Shown here: one piece after another, positions 38,830 through 48,463 of the stretch
Layout: each line of letters opens with the position of its first letter
How positions within the stretch are numbered: position 1 is the stretch's first letter
Origin: Mucilaginibacter sp.
GTDB taxonomy: Bacteria > Bacteroidota > Bacteroidia > Sphingobacteriales > Sphingobacteriaceae
Direction: 5' to 3'
Length of the DNA: 59,365 nt
NCBI GenBank assembly: GCA_016763755.1
Contig: JAESTD010000086.1
Location: 1-59,365 of the forward strand
Made by a program: the position numbers and the translations under genes
Notes under the pieces: model-generated
The model's input: only the letters and a program-made list of their open reading frames with translations
The model's database searches: none
What the model was told of the DNA's origin: nothing

Positions 38830-38857
38830 TTACGGAACATTTTAACCCGAGGTTGCA
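38830..38857 (-). promoter_or_regulatory. Candidate ECF promoter TGCAAC-N17-CGTAA
   Basis: Reverse strand reads tgcaacctcgggttaaaatgttccgtaa, 50 nt before the ATG at 38779. Confidence 0.5.
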
Positions 38858-38952
38858 ACTGTTTAAAAAAAGTTAACTAATGCGCATATTCACAATCATC
38901 ATTTTCACAAATCACCATGCGTTTTTAAGCTTTATCCGTATACCTTTGCACC

Positions 38953-39768
38953 ATGTTAAACAGGCACTTAGCGATAACCGTCGGTTTTATTGCATTTTTG
39001 ATAATTAGTAACCAAAAAGTAATCGCACAATCTAAAAGCAAAAAGGCTGCCGAAGAATCTCAGTCGAAGTTTAAATTTAAAACCATCGTTATCGATCCGG
39101 GTCACGGCGGTAAAGATCCGGGTTCGCACGGTGCCCACTCCAAAGAGAAGAATATAGCGCTTGCTATAGGTAAAAAGCTAAAACAAATGCTTAATGACGC
39201 CATGCCATCTATAGATGTGATCATGACCCGCAGTACCGACAAATTTATTGAATTGCACAAACGTGCAGATATCGCAAACGATAACAAGGCAAATCTGTTT
39301 ATATCGATACATTGCAACTCATCGCCCGAAAAAGTAGGCACTTTGCGGGGCGTGTTATTGCTGGTATATGGTTTTCATCGCAAGCAGGAACAAATGGAAG
39401 CACTGCGCGAGAATGCCTCTATATTTATTGAGAAGGATTACAAGAAAAAATACAACGGTTATAGCGAAAACGCGGCAGTTAACGCCATTATCATGGGTGC
39501 GTACCAGCAGCGTTTCCGTAAGCAGAGCATCCATTTTGGAAATTTGTTGAATACAGAATTTAAAGAAAATGACGGTAGGAAAAGCTTAGGCGTTAAAGAA
39601 CAAGGTGTACTGATTTTGCAACAAAGCGGCATGCCGGGACTGTTGGTGGAGACAGGATTTATCAATAATCCATCAGACGAGAAGTATTTAAACTCTGAAA
39701 AAGGGCAAAAAGCAATAGCCCGCTCTATCGTAAATGCTGTAAAAAAATACCGCGAAGGGTTTGATTAA
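38953..39768 (+). CDS. N-acetylmuramoyl-L-alanine amidase (Amidase_3)
   Basis: IDPGHGGKDPG, EKNIAL, SIHCNS, LVETGFINN. Confidence 0.93.
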   Translation: MLNRHLAITVGFIAFLIISNQKVIAQSKSKKAAEESQSKFKFKTIVIDPGHGGKDPGSHGAHSKEKNIALAIGKKLKQMLNDAMPSIDVIMTRSTDKFIELHKRADIANDNKANLFISIHCNSSPEKVGTLRGVLLLVYGFHRKQEQMEALRENASIFIEKDYKKKYNGYSENAAVNAIIMGAYQQRFRKQSIHFGNLLNTEFKENDGRKSLGVKEQGVLILQQSGMPGLLVETGFINNPSDEKYLNSEKGQKAIARSIVNAVKKYREGFD

Positions 39769-39792
39769 TAATTAAACAAAACATACAAGGCC

Positions 39793-40902
39793 ATGAAACC
39801 AGAAGTTAAGACATCCAGAAGAGATTTTATACGTAAAGGTTCGGTAATGGCCGGTATACTGGTCGTTAGTCCGGCGCTGTTGGCAACGGCTTGTACTTCC
39901 AATCCCGGTAAAAAATTGGGCATTGCTTTGGTAGGATTAGGCGGCTATGCCGGCGGGCAGTTAGCCCCTGCTTTACAGAAAACCAAAAACTGCTACCTGG
40001 CAGGCATCGTAACCGGCACCCCTGCAAAGGCCGAGGCCTGGTCGAAAAAGTACGACATCCCTCAAAAGAACATCTATAACTATCAAACCTTTGATGAGAT
40101 AGCCAAAAATCCTGATATCGATATTATTTACGTGGTGTTGCCGGTATCTATGCATAAAGAATATACTATCCGTGCAGCCAAAGCCGGCAAACATGTGATC
40201 TGCGAAAAACCCATGGCCCTTAATGCTGCTGATTGCCGCGAAATGATAGCTGCCTGTAAAGAGGCGAACCGTTTGCTTTCTATTGGATACCGCCTGCATT
40301 TTGAGCCGCACAACCAGGAAGCTATGCGCCTGGGTCAAAAGCAAGTATTGGGCAAAGTAACCGTTATTGAAACCGGTAACGGCTTTGTTTACACCGGCGA
40401 CCCTAACGCCTGGCGCTTAAAAAAGGCGCTGGCCGGTGGCGGCGGCTTAATGGATATGGGTATCTACGCCATACAGGCTGCCCGCTACACTTTAGGGCAG
40501 GAGCCGATAGCTGTGAAAGCCACCCAGGAGAAGACCAAACCCGATCTGTTTAAAGAAGTTGACGAAACTGTTTTCTGGGAGCTGAAATTCCCGGGCGGGC
40601 AAAAAGTGACGGGCAAATCCAGCTATAACAACAACTGGGGCTATCTGCGCGTAACCGCCGAAAAGGGCAAGTTTGATGTTGAGCCCGCTTACGGATATGA
40701 CGGCATTGATGGTCATGTAAACGGTAAGCAAATGGATCTCCCCAATATAGTGCAGCAAGCTGCCCAGATAGACGATTTTGCCACCTGTGTGCAACTCAAC
40801 AAGATGAGCCGTGTACCCGGCGAAGAAGGCGAGAAGGATATGAAAGTGATAGATGCTATTTACCGCAGTTTGGATAGCGGTAAATGGGAGAATATAGGGT
40901 AA
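39793..40902 (+). CDS. Gfo/Idh/MocA oxidoreductase with Tat signal (GFOR-like)
   Basis: SRRDFIR twin-arginine motif, LATAC possible lipobox, GLGGYA, CEKPMA, GGGLMDMGIY. Confidence 0.9.
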   Translation: MKPEVKTSRRDFIRKGSVMAGILVVSPALLATACTSNPGKKLGIALVGLGGYAGGQLAPALQKTKNCYLAGIVTGTPAKAEAWSKKYDIPQKNIYNYQTFDEIAKNPDIDIIYVVLPVSMHKEYTIRAAKAGKHVICEKPMALNAADCREMIAACKEANRLLSIGYRLHFEPHNQEAMRLGQKQVLGKVTVIETGNGFVYTGDPNAWRLKKALAGGGGLMDMGIYAIQAARYTLGQEPIAVKATQEKTKPDLFKEVDETVFWELKFPGGQKVTGKSSYNNNWGYLRVTAEKGKFDVEPAYGYDGIDGHVNGKQMDLPNIVQQAAQIDDFATCVQLNKMSRVPGEEGEKDMKVIDAIYRSLDSGKWENIG

Positions 40903-40904
40903 CG

Positions 40905-41043
40905 AGCCCCTCCCAAACCCTTCCCGAAAGGGAGGGCTTAAGAACAAATATTTTAAAAGTCTCCCCGCCAGTTGGCGGGGGAGATTATTCCTGATATTCT
41001 ATTAATAGGCGTTCATGAATGCTTCGCAATTTAGAGAGGGCTT
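40905..41043. repeat. Family A palindromic repeat carrying an internal insertion
   Basis: agcccctcccaaacccttcccgaaagggagggctt ... gtctccccgccagttggcgggggagatt[~45 nt]tagagagggctt. Confidence 0.75.
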
Positions 41044-41157
41044 AAACCCGCAAGTCGATTCTGTTAAACTTCTCGCTTGTTCATACTGTTCACGTGCTTG
41101 AACGTCAACACTTTTATGAACGGTGTTCTTAATTCCCTATCTTGCTCAAAAAATACC

Positions 41158-41970
41158 ATGCGCCTTAAACGATTACTCCTGATGGCTATCATTCCACAAT
41201 TACTATCTGTGCTGGGCTGCGCCCAAAAAGTCCCTTATGGTAAAAATGCAGCGGTAGGTAAATATTACCAGGTAAACGGCATTAAGCTTTATGTTGAGGA
41301 GTATGGCCATGGCGAGCCTTTGCTGATGATACATGGCAACGGCGGCGATATGAGCGCCTTTAGCGAGAACGTACCTTATTTTGCTAAAAAGTACCGTGTG
41401 ATATTCGTTGACAGCCGCTCACAGGGTAAGTCCATAGACCCAAACCCTAAGATAAGTTTTGAACAAATGGCTGATGATTTTGCTGTTTTGCTTGATCAGT
41501 TGCACGTACCCAAAGCTTACGTGTTAGGTTGGAGCGATGGCGGTATAAATGCCATTATGATGGCGATACATCACCCAGAAAAAGTAATTGCTTTTGCTGC
41601 GACCGGAGCCAATGTAACGCCTGATGCCGGTTCTTTTGCCGACCCCAAGGGCTGGGCCGAAGGCAAAAAATACTACGAAGAGAACAAAAATAAAACCTGG
41701 AAAACCCCCAAAGAAAAGGACCAGTGGAAAATGTTCCTGCTGGATTGGGAGCAGCCCAACTTAACCGCTGCCGATCTGCAAAAAATAAATTGCCCGGCTT
41801 TTATCATCGCCGGCGACCATGATGTGATCAGCGATAAACATACCCGCTACATGGCCCAAAACATCAAAGGATCAAAACTCTGGATCGTTAAAAATTCCGG
41901 ACATGGCACATTGATAGAACATGCTGCCGACTTCAATAAAAGGGTAGATGATTTCTTTACTAAAAAGTAA
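41158..41970 (+). CDS. Alpha/beta hydrolase, exported
   Basis: HGNGG, DSRSQGKS, GWSDGG nucleophile elbow, GDHD, GH; ATG at 41158. Confidence 0.9.
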   Translation: MRLKRLLLMAIIPQLLSVLGCAQKVPYGKNAAVGKYYQVNGIKLYVEEYGHGEPLLMIHGNGGDMSAFSENVPYFAKKYRVIFVDSRSQGKSIDPNPKISFEQMADDFAVLLDQLHVPKAYVLGWSDGGINAIMMAIHHPEKVIAFAATGANVTPDAGSFADPKGWAEGKKYYEENKNKTWKTPKEKDQWKMFLLDWEQPNLTAADLQKINCPAFIIAGDHDVISDKHTRYMAQNIKGSKLWIVKNSGHGTLIEHAADFNKRVDDFFTKK

Positions 41971-41990
41971 ATTGTCATACACATCTCAAA

Positions 41991-42012
41991 AAAAGATGTT
42001 TAAACATCTTTT
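41991..42012. promoter_or_regulatory. Perfect 22-bp palindrome upstream of yceI, candidate operator
   Basis: AAAAGATGTTT|AAACATCTTTT, no loop. Confidence 0.4.
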
Positions 42013-42061
42013 GTAAAAACCTTTTCTACATTTGCATCAAATTAAACTAAGAAATAACCCA

Positions 42062-42634
42062 ATGAAAAAAATTTTCACCTTATTAACCCTTGCATTATTT
42101 GCAACGGGAGCATCAGCACAAAGCACCTGGACGGTAGACAAAGCACACTCGCACGTAAAATTCACCATCACTCACTTAGCAGTATCTGATGTTGATGGTA
42201 CTTTTAAAGATTTTGATGCATCTATCGTAGCTGCTAAGCCTGATTTTAGCGATGCTAAATATACTTTCTCAGCTAAAACTGCATCTGTTGATACTGAGAA
42301 CGAAAAACGTGATGGTCACCTTAAAAGCGCTGACTTCTTCGATGTAGAAAAGTTCCCTACGTTATCATTCGTTAGTACTTCTGTTAAAGCGGCAGGTACC
42401 AACAAATACAAAGTAACCGGTAACTTAACCCTGCACGGTGTAACTAAAGTAGTTACTTTAGATGCAGCTTACCGCGGTACCATCACTAACCCAATGACCA
42501 AAACCCCTGATGCAGGTTTCAAGATCACAGGTACTATCAAACGTTCTGATTTTGGTTTCGGCAGCAAATATGGCTCACCAATGCTAAGCGACGAAGTTGA
42601 ATTAGTTGCAAGCGGCGAGTTCCTTAAGCAATAA
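42062..42634 (+). CDS. yceI: YceI family periplasmic lipid/polyisoprenoid-binding protein
   Basis: Signal peptide; WTVDKAHS, RDGHLKSADFFDVEKFP, GNLTLHGVTK. Confidence 0.93.
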   Translation: MKKIFTLLTLALFATGASAQSTWTVDKAHSHVKFTITHLAVSDVDGTFKDFDASIVAAKPDFSDAKYTFSAKTASVDTENEKRDGHLKSADFFDVEKFPTLSFVSTSVKAAGTNKYKVTGNLTLHGVTKVVTLDAAYRGTITNPMTKTPDAGFKITGTIKRSDFGFGSKYGSPMLSDEVELVASGEFLKQ

Positions 42635-42654
42635 GTTTTATTGATTGATCTATA

Positions 42655-42693
42655 ACAAAAGCGGTGCTTCTGATAAAGAAGCGCCGCTTTTGT
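42655..42693. terminator. Bidirectional terminator
   Basis: ACAAAAGCGGTGCTTC...GAAGCGCCGCTTTTGT. Confidence 0.8.
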
Positions 42694-43146
42694 TTATACA
42701 CGTTTAAATGTGAGCGTTTTGCCAATGAATTTAAAGTGCCAGTAACCTTTTACCTTCAGCTGGCCTTTGTCGGTTATATAAGCGCATGAATTCCAGTTGC
42801 GGCCATGCTGGGCATCGTAGATAACGCCATCTTCCCAGGTGTTTGTTTTGGGAGCGTACACTAAATTTTCCAATACGCTCATCCCAACTATTTTTCGGCT
42901 GCGCAGGCTTGGATCGGGGTTTAAGACGTCAAGGTAATCATCAACGTCCTTACTGTCGTCGCGGTCATCAAACCAAAGTATGGTAGCACGGTATTCCGTA
43001 CCCTCTTTACAAACGCGGATCATCAGGTCATTATCGGCAGACATCCATCTACCGCAAATTACTTCGTCGCTGTGTGCCGGCGTTGCAGCATGTGAAAACG
43101 CTGTAAATAACAGCGTGATCAGAGAAATTTGTAATACTCTTAACAT
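42694..43146 (-). CDS. DUF2147 domain secreted protein (paralog 3)
   Basis: ICGRW, NPDPSLRSRKIVG, WEDGVIYDAQHGRNW, LKVKGYW. Confidence 0.85.
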   Translation of the reverse strand: MLRVLQISLITLLFTAFSHAATPAHSDEVICGRWMSADNDLMIRVCKEGTEYRATILWFDDRDDSKDVDDYLDVLNPDPSLRSRKIVGMSVLENLVYAPKTNTWEDGVIYDAQHGRNWNSCAYITDKGQLKVKGYWHFKFIGKTLTFKRV

Positions 43147-43238
43147 AATCTTCGGGATGACATTGGTGTGACATAAATGTAAGCAACATAAATGTTACAA
43201 TGCAAGAAAATATTAAGAAAAATTTTATGACTATTTGA

Positions 43239-43697
43239 CTATATTCTTTTGAAAGTCAGCGTTTTGCCTATCAGTTTAATATGCCAGTATCCCTTAACCT
43301 TTAATAAACCATCTTTAGTAAGATATGCTGATGAATTCCAGTGGCGGCCGTGTTTAGCGTCGTAAATAATGCCGTCTTCCCAAGTGTTGGTGGTAATATT
43401 GTAGGATAGTTTCTCCACTACGTTCATCCCTAATATCTTGCGACTGCGGAGAGCCGGGTCAGGGTTAAGATCATCGGTCCAGTAATCCATTGGTTTGGTA
43501 TCGTCGTGGTCGTCAAAGGCAATGATCTTGGCTTTAAATTCGCTGCCATCGCGGTACACTTGCACAACAAGCGCATCATCTATCAATTGCCATTTGCCGC
43601 ACACCATATCTTCCATTGATTTGTAATTAGGTGTACTGTAATTTGTACTGCTGTACAACATTATGATGCAAAAGAGGGAGAGGAAGCGTTTTGTCAT
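43239..43697 (-). CDS. DUF2147 domain secreted protein (paralog 2)
   Basis: VCGKW, NPDPALRSRKILG, WEDGIIYD, LKVKGYW. Confidence 0.85.
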   Translation of the reverse strand: MTKRFLSLFCIIMLYSSTNYSTPNYKSMEDMVCGKWQLIDDALVVQVYRDGSEFKAKIIAFDDHDDTKPMDYWTDDLNPDPALRSRKILGMNVVEKLSYNITTNTWEDGIIYDAKHGRHWNSSAYLTKDGLLKVKGYWHIKLIGKTLTFKRI

Positions 43698-43745
43698 GGT
43701 ATTGTCGTTGGTTATTGATACATAGGCAATACCGATGCCAAATCC

Positions 43746-44206
43746 TCAGGATGAAATACGATGAAAGGTCATGGTACGCCCCAGGAGTTTCACCTTCTAG
43801 TAACCTTTACTTTCAGGTTGCCCTTATTGTCTAATGAGGCTGCCGCACTCCAGTATTTGCCGCTCTGTACTTCGTAGATGCGGCCGCCTTCCCATGAGTT
43901 TGATTTTGCATTGTATCGCAGGGTTTCAACCACATCAAGGCCTAAAACTTTCCGGTTTCGCAACGCAGGGTCGGGGTTGTTTTTATCGGTGATGCTTTCC
44001 ATCGGCTTATCTTTGGTAACCCCGCCGGTAAAGCGGATCATTTTTGCCTTGTAAGTATCTTTATAACGATAAACCTCTACCACCAGATTTTTCTCGCTCG
44101 ATTCCCACTTGCCGCAAATACGGTTGGGATCTGCAGTGGTATCGGGTTCAGCGACAGGTTTAAACGAACTAAGAACAAACAATAGGAAAAGAGAAAGTAT
44201 ACGCAT
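43746..44206 (-). pseudogene. DUF2147 domain protein (paralog 1), C-terminus disrupted
   Basis: After LKVK, a 1-nt deletion and a TAG (43797-99) at the conserved Trp. The shifted frame reads GY*KVKLLGRTMTFHRISS to TGA 43746, matching the paralogs' GYWxxKxIGKTLTFKR. Confidence 0.78.
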
Positions 44207-44386
44207 AGTATCGGGGCAGCAAAATTAAAGATCTACACAATAACGTTTAAATCTGCTATTGTTTGTACGCACAAGAAATAATATATGTTTTCATCCGCAT
44301 AAGGTAACGAAAACGTTATAGTGATTTGATGTACCTAAAGGGGCTTTCTGTGTATATATTTGGTTAACTAACAAGCACCTGTCTTC

Positions 44387-46783
44387 ATGAAAAAACTTTA
44401 TTGGGTATTACCTGCCCTTTTGTTGGCTGTAAACGCATCGGCACAAACAAAAAATATATATCACAAAGGTTGGATTGATTTTAACAAGAATGGCCGGATG
44501 GACGTTTTTGAGGATCCGAAACAGGATATAGAAAAGCGCATAGCCGATCTGCTGAGTCAGATGACTGTTGAAGAAAAAACCTGCCAGATGGCTACGCTAT
44601 ACGGCTATAAGCGTGTGCTTAAGGATGAGATGCCAACGTCCAACTGGAAAAATGAGATCTGGAAAGACGGCATTGCCAATATCGATGAAGAACTGAATAA
44701 CCTTACCTCGCATACAGATGATGCGCCTACGCAGTATTCTTACCCGTTTAGCAAACATGCTTCGGCGATTAATACCATCCAAAAATGGTTTGTAGAAGAA
44801 ACCCGAATGGGCATCCCGGTTGATTTTACAAACGAGGGTATTCACGGCTTAAACCACGACCGGGCAACGCCGTTGCCTGCGCCGATAGGCATTGGCAGTA
44901 CCTGGGACAAGCAACTGGTAAGGCAGGCCGGCCAAACCGTAGGTCGCGAGGCAAAGGCTTTAGGTTATACCAACGTTTACGCGCCTATACTTGATCCTGC
45001 GCGCGATCAGCGCTGGGGGCGGGTAGTAGAGTGCTATGGCGAAAACCCCTTCCTGATTGCCGAATTGGGTAAGCAAATGGTATTGGGGATCCAGGAAGAG
45101 GGTGTGGCATCAACCTTAAAACATTATGCCGTTTACAGTATACCAAAAGGTGGCCGCGATGGTGCCGCCCGCACAGATCCGCATGTTGCCCCTCGCGAGA
45201 TGCATCAAATATATCTTTATCCCTTTCGCCGGGTGGTGCAGGAAGCGCACCCGATGGGCGTAATGAGCAGTTATAATGATTGGGATGGCGTACCTATCAC
45301 CGGCAGCTATTATTTCCTTACAGAGCTTCTCAGGCAGAAATTTGGCTTCAATGGGTATGTGGTATCAGACAGCGAAGCAGTAGAATATCTCTATTCTAAA
45401 CACCACGTTGCTGCCGATTACAAGAAAGCCGTTAAACAAGCCGTTGAAGCGGGCTTGAATGTCCGCACCAATTTCACTATGCCGCAAACGTTTATCCTTC
45501 CGCTGCGCGAGGATATCAGGGAGAACCGTATCTCTATGAAAACTATTGATACCCGGGTGGGTGAGGTATTGCGGGTTAAATTCAGGCTGGGGCTTTTTGA
45601 TAGTCCGTACGTAAAGAACACCAAGGCAGCTGATAAAGTAGTACACACCGCCGCTGACAAGGAAATGAGTTTGAAGGTGAACCGCGAAAGCATGGTATTG
45701 CTGAAGAATGAAAACAATTTGTTGCCACTTGATAAGGATAAATGCAAAAATATCCTGGTTACTGGTCCGCTGGCAGCTGAAAGCAATTACACCATCAGCA
45801 GATATGGCCCATCGCATAACCCTATCACAACGGTGTTAGATGGTATAAAAAAATACGTTGGCAACAAGGCTACAGTGAGCTATGCCAAAGGCTGCAACAT
45901 AGTAGATGCCACCTGGCCGGAGAGCGAGATCATAGAGACACCGCTAACCGCTGCCGAGCAGGCAGGGATTGATTCGGCAGTGGCGCAGGCCAAACAATCG
46001 GATGTGGTAATAGCGGTTGTAGGCGAGGATGTGGACAGGGTAGGCGAAAGCTTATCGCGCACGGGTCTTAATCTTCCCGGCCGTCAACTTAAATTGATAC
46101 AGGCGCTGCAGGCTACAGGCAAACCGGTGGTCATGGTAATGATAAACGGGCAGCCGCTTACCATCAACTGGGAAAACAAATATGTGCCTGCTATTTTGGA
46201 GGCATGGTTCCCGAGCGTGCAAAGCGGACAAGTGATCGCTGAAACTTTGTTTGGTGATAATAACCCGGGGGGGAAGTTGTCTATCACGTTCCCAAAAACA
46301 ACAGGTCAGTTAGAGTTTAATTTCCCGTTTAAGCCTGCTTCGCAAGCCGGGCAAAGAGGGGCTAACAGCTGGGGTAAAACCAGTGTAAATGATGCTTTAT
46401 ATCCATTTGGTTACGGCTTAAGCTACACCAGCTTTGCTTACAGCAATTTGCAAGTATCGCCGGAGAAAGGAAACTCGCAGGGCATAGTAACGGTTACTGT
46501 TGACGTGATGAATACCGGCCAGCGTAAGGGCGATGACGTGGTGCAGCTGTACATCAAAGATGACGTAAGCAGCGTAACCACCTATGAGTATGACCTGCGC
46601 GGCTTTGAGCGCCTAACCCTAAACCCCGGAGAAAAGAAAACCGTAACTTTTACCCTGCACCCCGATGATCTGGCCCTGCTGGACAAAAACATGAACTGGA
46701 CGGTAGAGCCCGGCACCTTCCAGGCCTGGATAGGCAGCTCATCGCAGGATATTAAATTGAAGAAAACTTTTGTGGTGGAATAA
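44387..46783 (+). CDS. Glycoside hydrolase family 3 beta-glycosidase
   Basis: EGIHG, RWGRVVECYGE, LKHY, MSSYN, YVVSDS nucleophile, YPFGYGLSY, C-terminal Fn3-like domain. Confidence 0.95.
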   Translation: MKKLYWVLPALLLAVNASAQTKNIYHKGWIDFNKNGRMDVFEDPKQDIEKRIADLLSQMTVEEKTCQMATLYGYKRVLKDEMPTSNWKNEIWKDGIANIDEELNNLTSHTDDAPTQYSYPFSKHASAINTIQKWFVEETRMGIPVDFTNEGIHGLNHDRATPLPAPIGIGSTWDKQLVRQAGQTVGREAKALGYTNVYAPILDPARDQRWGRVVECYGENPFLIAELGKQMVLGIQEEGVASTLKHYAVYSIPKGGRDGAARTDPHVAPREMHQIYLYPFRRVVQEAHPMGVMSSYNDWDGVPITGSYYFLTELLRQKFGFNGYVVSDSEAVEYLYSKHHVAADYKKAVKQAVEAGLNVRTNFTMPQTFILPLREDIRENRISMKTIDTRVGEVLRVKFRLGLFDSPYVKNTKAADKVVHTAADKEMSLKVNRESMVLLKNENNLLPLDKDKCKNILVTGPLAAESNYTISRYGPSHNPITTVLDGIKKYVGNKATVSYAKGCNIVDATWPESEIIETPLTAAEQAGIDSAVAQAKQSDVVIAVVGEDVDRVGESLSRTGLNLPGRQLKLIQALQATGKPVVMVMINGQPLTINWENKYVPAILEAWFPSVQSGQVIAETLFGDNNPGGKLSITFPKTTGQLEFNFPFKPASQAGQRGANSWGKTSVNDALYPFGYGLSYTSFAYSNLQVSPEKGNSQGIVTVTVDVMNTGQRKGDDVVQLYIKDDVSSVTTYEYDLRGFERLTLNPGEKKTVTFTLHPDDLALLDKNMNWTVEPGTFQAWIGSSSQDIKLKKTFVVE

Positions 46784-46797
46784 CCTATATTGGTTTT

Positions 46798-47289
46798 ATG
46801 AAACCTAAACTGATAAATCTGTTAGTATTATCAATATTTGCTTATAGCTGTACACCATCTAAAGTGAATAAGAAGTTAACTGACACCGGTGAAACGAAAT
46901 CTGCTATGATCAATCTTGCATCAAAAAAGATAAATAATGATACGCTTTTTGTCGACGCTAAGTGCGTGGTGAGACTTAATCTGGACACTATCCAGTTAGA
47001 TAAGTTGCGAAAAAAATATGGAGATGAAGGTTTTTACACTGGTGCCGATGACAATGTTTATTATTCATCTGTAGTAGACTCTGTAATAACTGCTAAACAA
47101 CTCTTGCGAGTAGTTAATAAGCAAGAGAAATTTGTGAAATTCGTTAACAATGGTAAAGCTGTAAAAGTTGTTAAGATAGACACGTTATCACAACCCAGCA
47201 ATTTCTATTTTTTTGAGCCGGGAAAATCCGTTTACGCACCGGATATTACGATGATCGAGGATGAGTATAAAAACTACTTTAAAAACTGA
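46798..47289 (+). CDS. Hypothetical lipoprotein
   Basis: Lipobox AYSC; AT-rich. Confidence 0.65.
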   Translation: MKPKLINLLVLSIFAYSCTPSKVNKKLTDTGETKSAMINLASKKINNDTLFVDAKCVVRLNLDTIQLDKLRKKYGDEGFYTGADDNVYYSSVVDSVITAKQLLRVVNKQEKFVKFVNNGKAVKVVKIDTLSQPSNFYFFEPGKSVYAPDITMIEDEYKNYFKN

Positions 47290-47846
47290 TGCTTAAAACC
47301 TTTTGCTTGCTCATCGGCCTTACGGTAATTCTTCAGTCCGCTAATGCTGATTATGTTTTATTAATAGATAAGCTATTTACAAAGCATCCCGGAACTTATG
47401 TAGCAATATCATCTGATAGCGAAGGGCGTAAATTTATCGTAGATAGCTACTCATTGAACAAATATTATGCTGAGCACCTTGCAGCAGGTGAAGGTGGCAA
47501 TTATGAGATTTATTTAAAGCGGAGTATAGCAAATGGCATCTCGTTTAAGGCTGAGAATTTGGATTATACGTCGACAATACCTGCTGTTTACATTCTAAAC
47601 GATAAGCTCAAAATTTTTGAGGAATACAATTCAAAAGGCATTCGATTTATCATACAGAAATACTGTATGAAATTGGGCACAGGCGAGTATCGTGCAAAGC
47701 CTGTAACAGATGATGTTTTGCATTGCTTGATTTACATAATGGCAGAAAATAAATATGTTGTGGGATTTTCAGATTACAGTGGCTCTTTCGAAATTAAAAG
47801 CACGGGTGTTATCTTAGCCAGAGCAAAGAAAGACCATCGCCCATGA
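47289..47846 (+). CDS. Hypothetical secreted protein
   Basis: Signal peptide ending ANA; start/stop overlaps with both neighbours. Confidence 0.6.
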   Translation: MLKTFCLLIGLTVILQSANADYVLLIDKLFTKHPGTYVAISSDSEGRKFIVDSYSLNKYYAEHLAAGEGGNYEIYLKRSIANGISFKAENLDYTSTIPAVYILNDKLKIFEEYNSKGIRFIIQKYCMKLGTGEYRAKPVTDDVLHCLIYIMAENKYVVGFSDYSGSFEIKSTGVILARAKKDHRP

Positions 47847-48343
47847 TCCGCACCGAATGGATACCCTCAGCATACGCTGAAAACAATTCTCCTATCATCC
47901 GCAAGGCAACTTTGGATGACAAGCCGACATTGCTGCAATTTGAGCAAGGCGTAGTGGAAGCGGAGCGCCCATTCACTCCTGAAATGAAGGACGGGCCGCA
48001 GCAATATTATGATCTCGATTGGCTCCTAACTTCACCAGATGCCCATTTGGTTGTCGCCGAACTAAATGGCGAACTCATCGCCAGTGGCTATGCTCGTATC
48101 GATAAGTCCAAACCTTACTTATCCCATGCGGAAGAAGCATATCTGGGCTTTATGTATGTTGTGCCGCAGTATCGGGGTAAAGGTGTGAACAGATTGGTTA
48201 TTGATACGCTAAAACAATGGGCAATAGCCCGTAACATCACCGAGCTACGATTGGAAGTTTACAGCGAAAATGAATCAGCTATCAGAGCGTACGAGAAGTT
48301 TGGGTTTAAACTGTATTTGCTGCAAATGAGGATGGGGCTATAA
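47843..48343 (+). CDS. GNAT family N-acetyltransferase
   Basis: MYVVPQYRGKGV, LEVYSENESAIRAYEKFGF. Confidence 0.9.
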   Translation: MIRTEWIPSAYAENNSPIIRKATLDDKPTLLQFEQGVVEAERPFTPEMKDGPQQYYDLDWLLTSPDAHLVVAELNGELIASGYARIDKSKPYLSHAEEAYLGFMYVVPQYRGKGVNRLVIDTLKQWAIARNITELRLEVYSENESAIRAYEKFGFKLYLLQMRMGL

Positions 48344-48463
48344 TTCTGTTAAGATTATGCTAAATTTTAAAAAGTTTTCGCACTTAGTGTTGTGTTGCTA
48401 AAATTTCCTAATTTTAAAGAGTAGTTTTGCCCTGAAACTATTTAAAGTAGCCAATAGAAGTGC

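Noticed and set aside
12515-43799. Stop-codon reassignment or alternative genetic code
   Set aside because: Internal stops use all three codons and replace different residues (TGA for Ser and Trp; TAG for Gln, Glu and Trp; TAA for Glu). All three codons also end intact genes normally.
44305-44318. TAACG-N4-CGTTA palindrome before the GH3, and an imperfect palindrome before the ROK gene (48358-48382)
   Set aside because: These are plausible operators, but each is a single short AT-rich instance and cannot be supported from this window.
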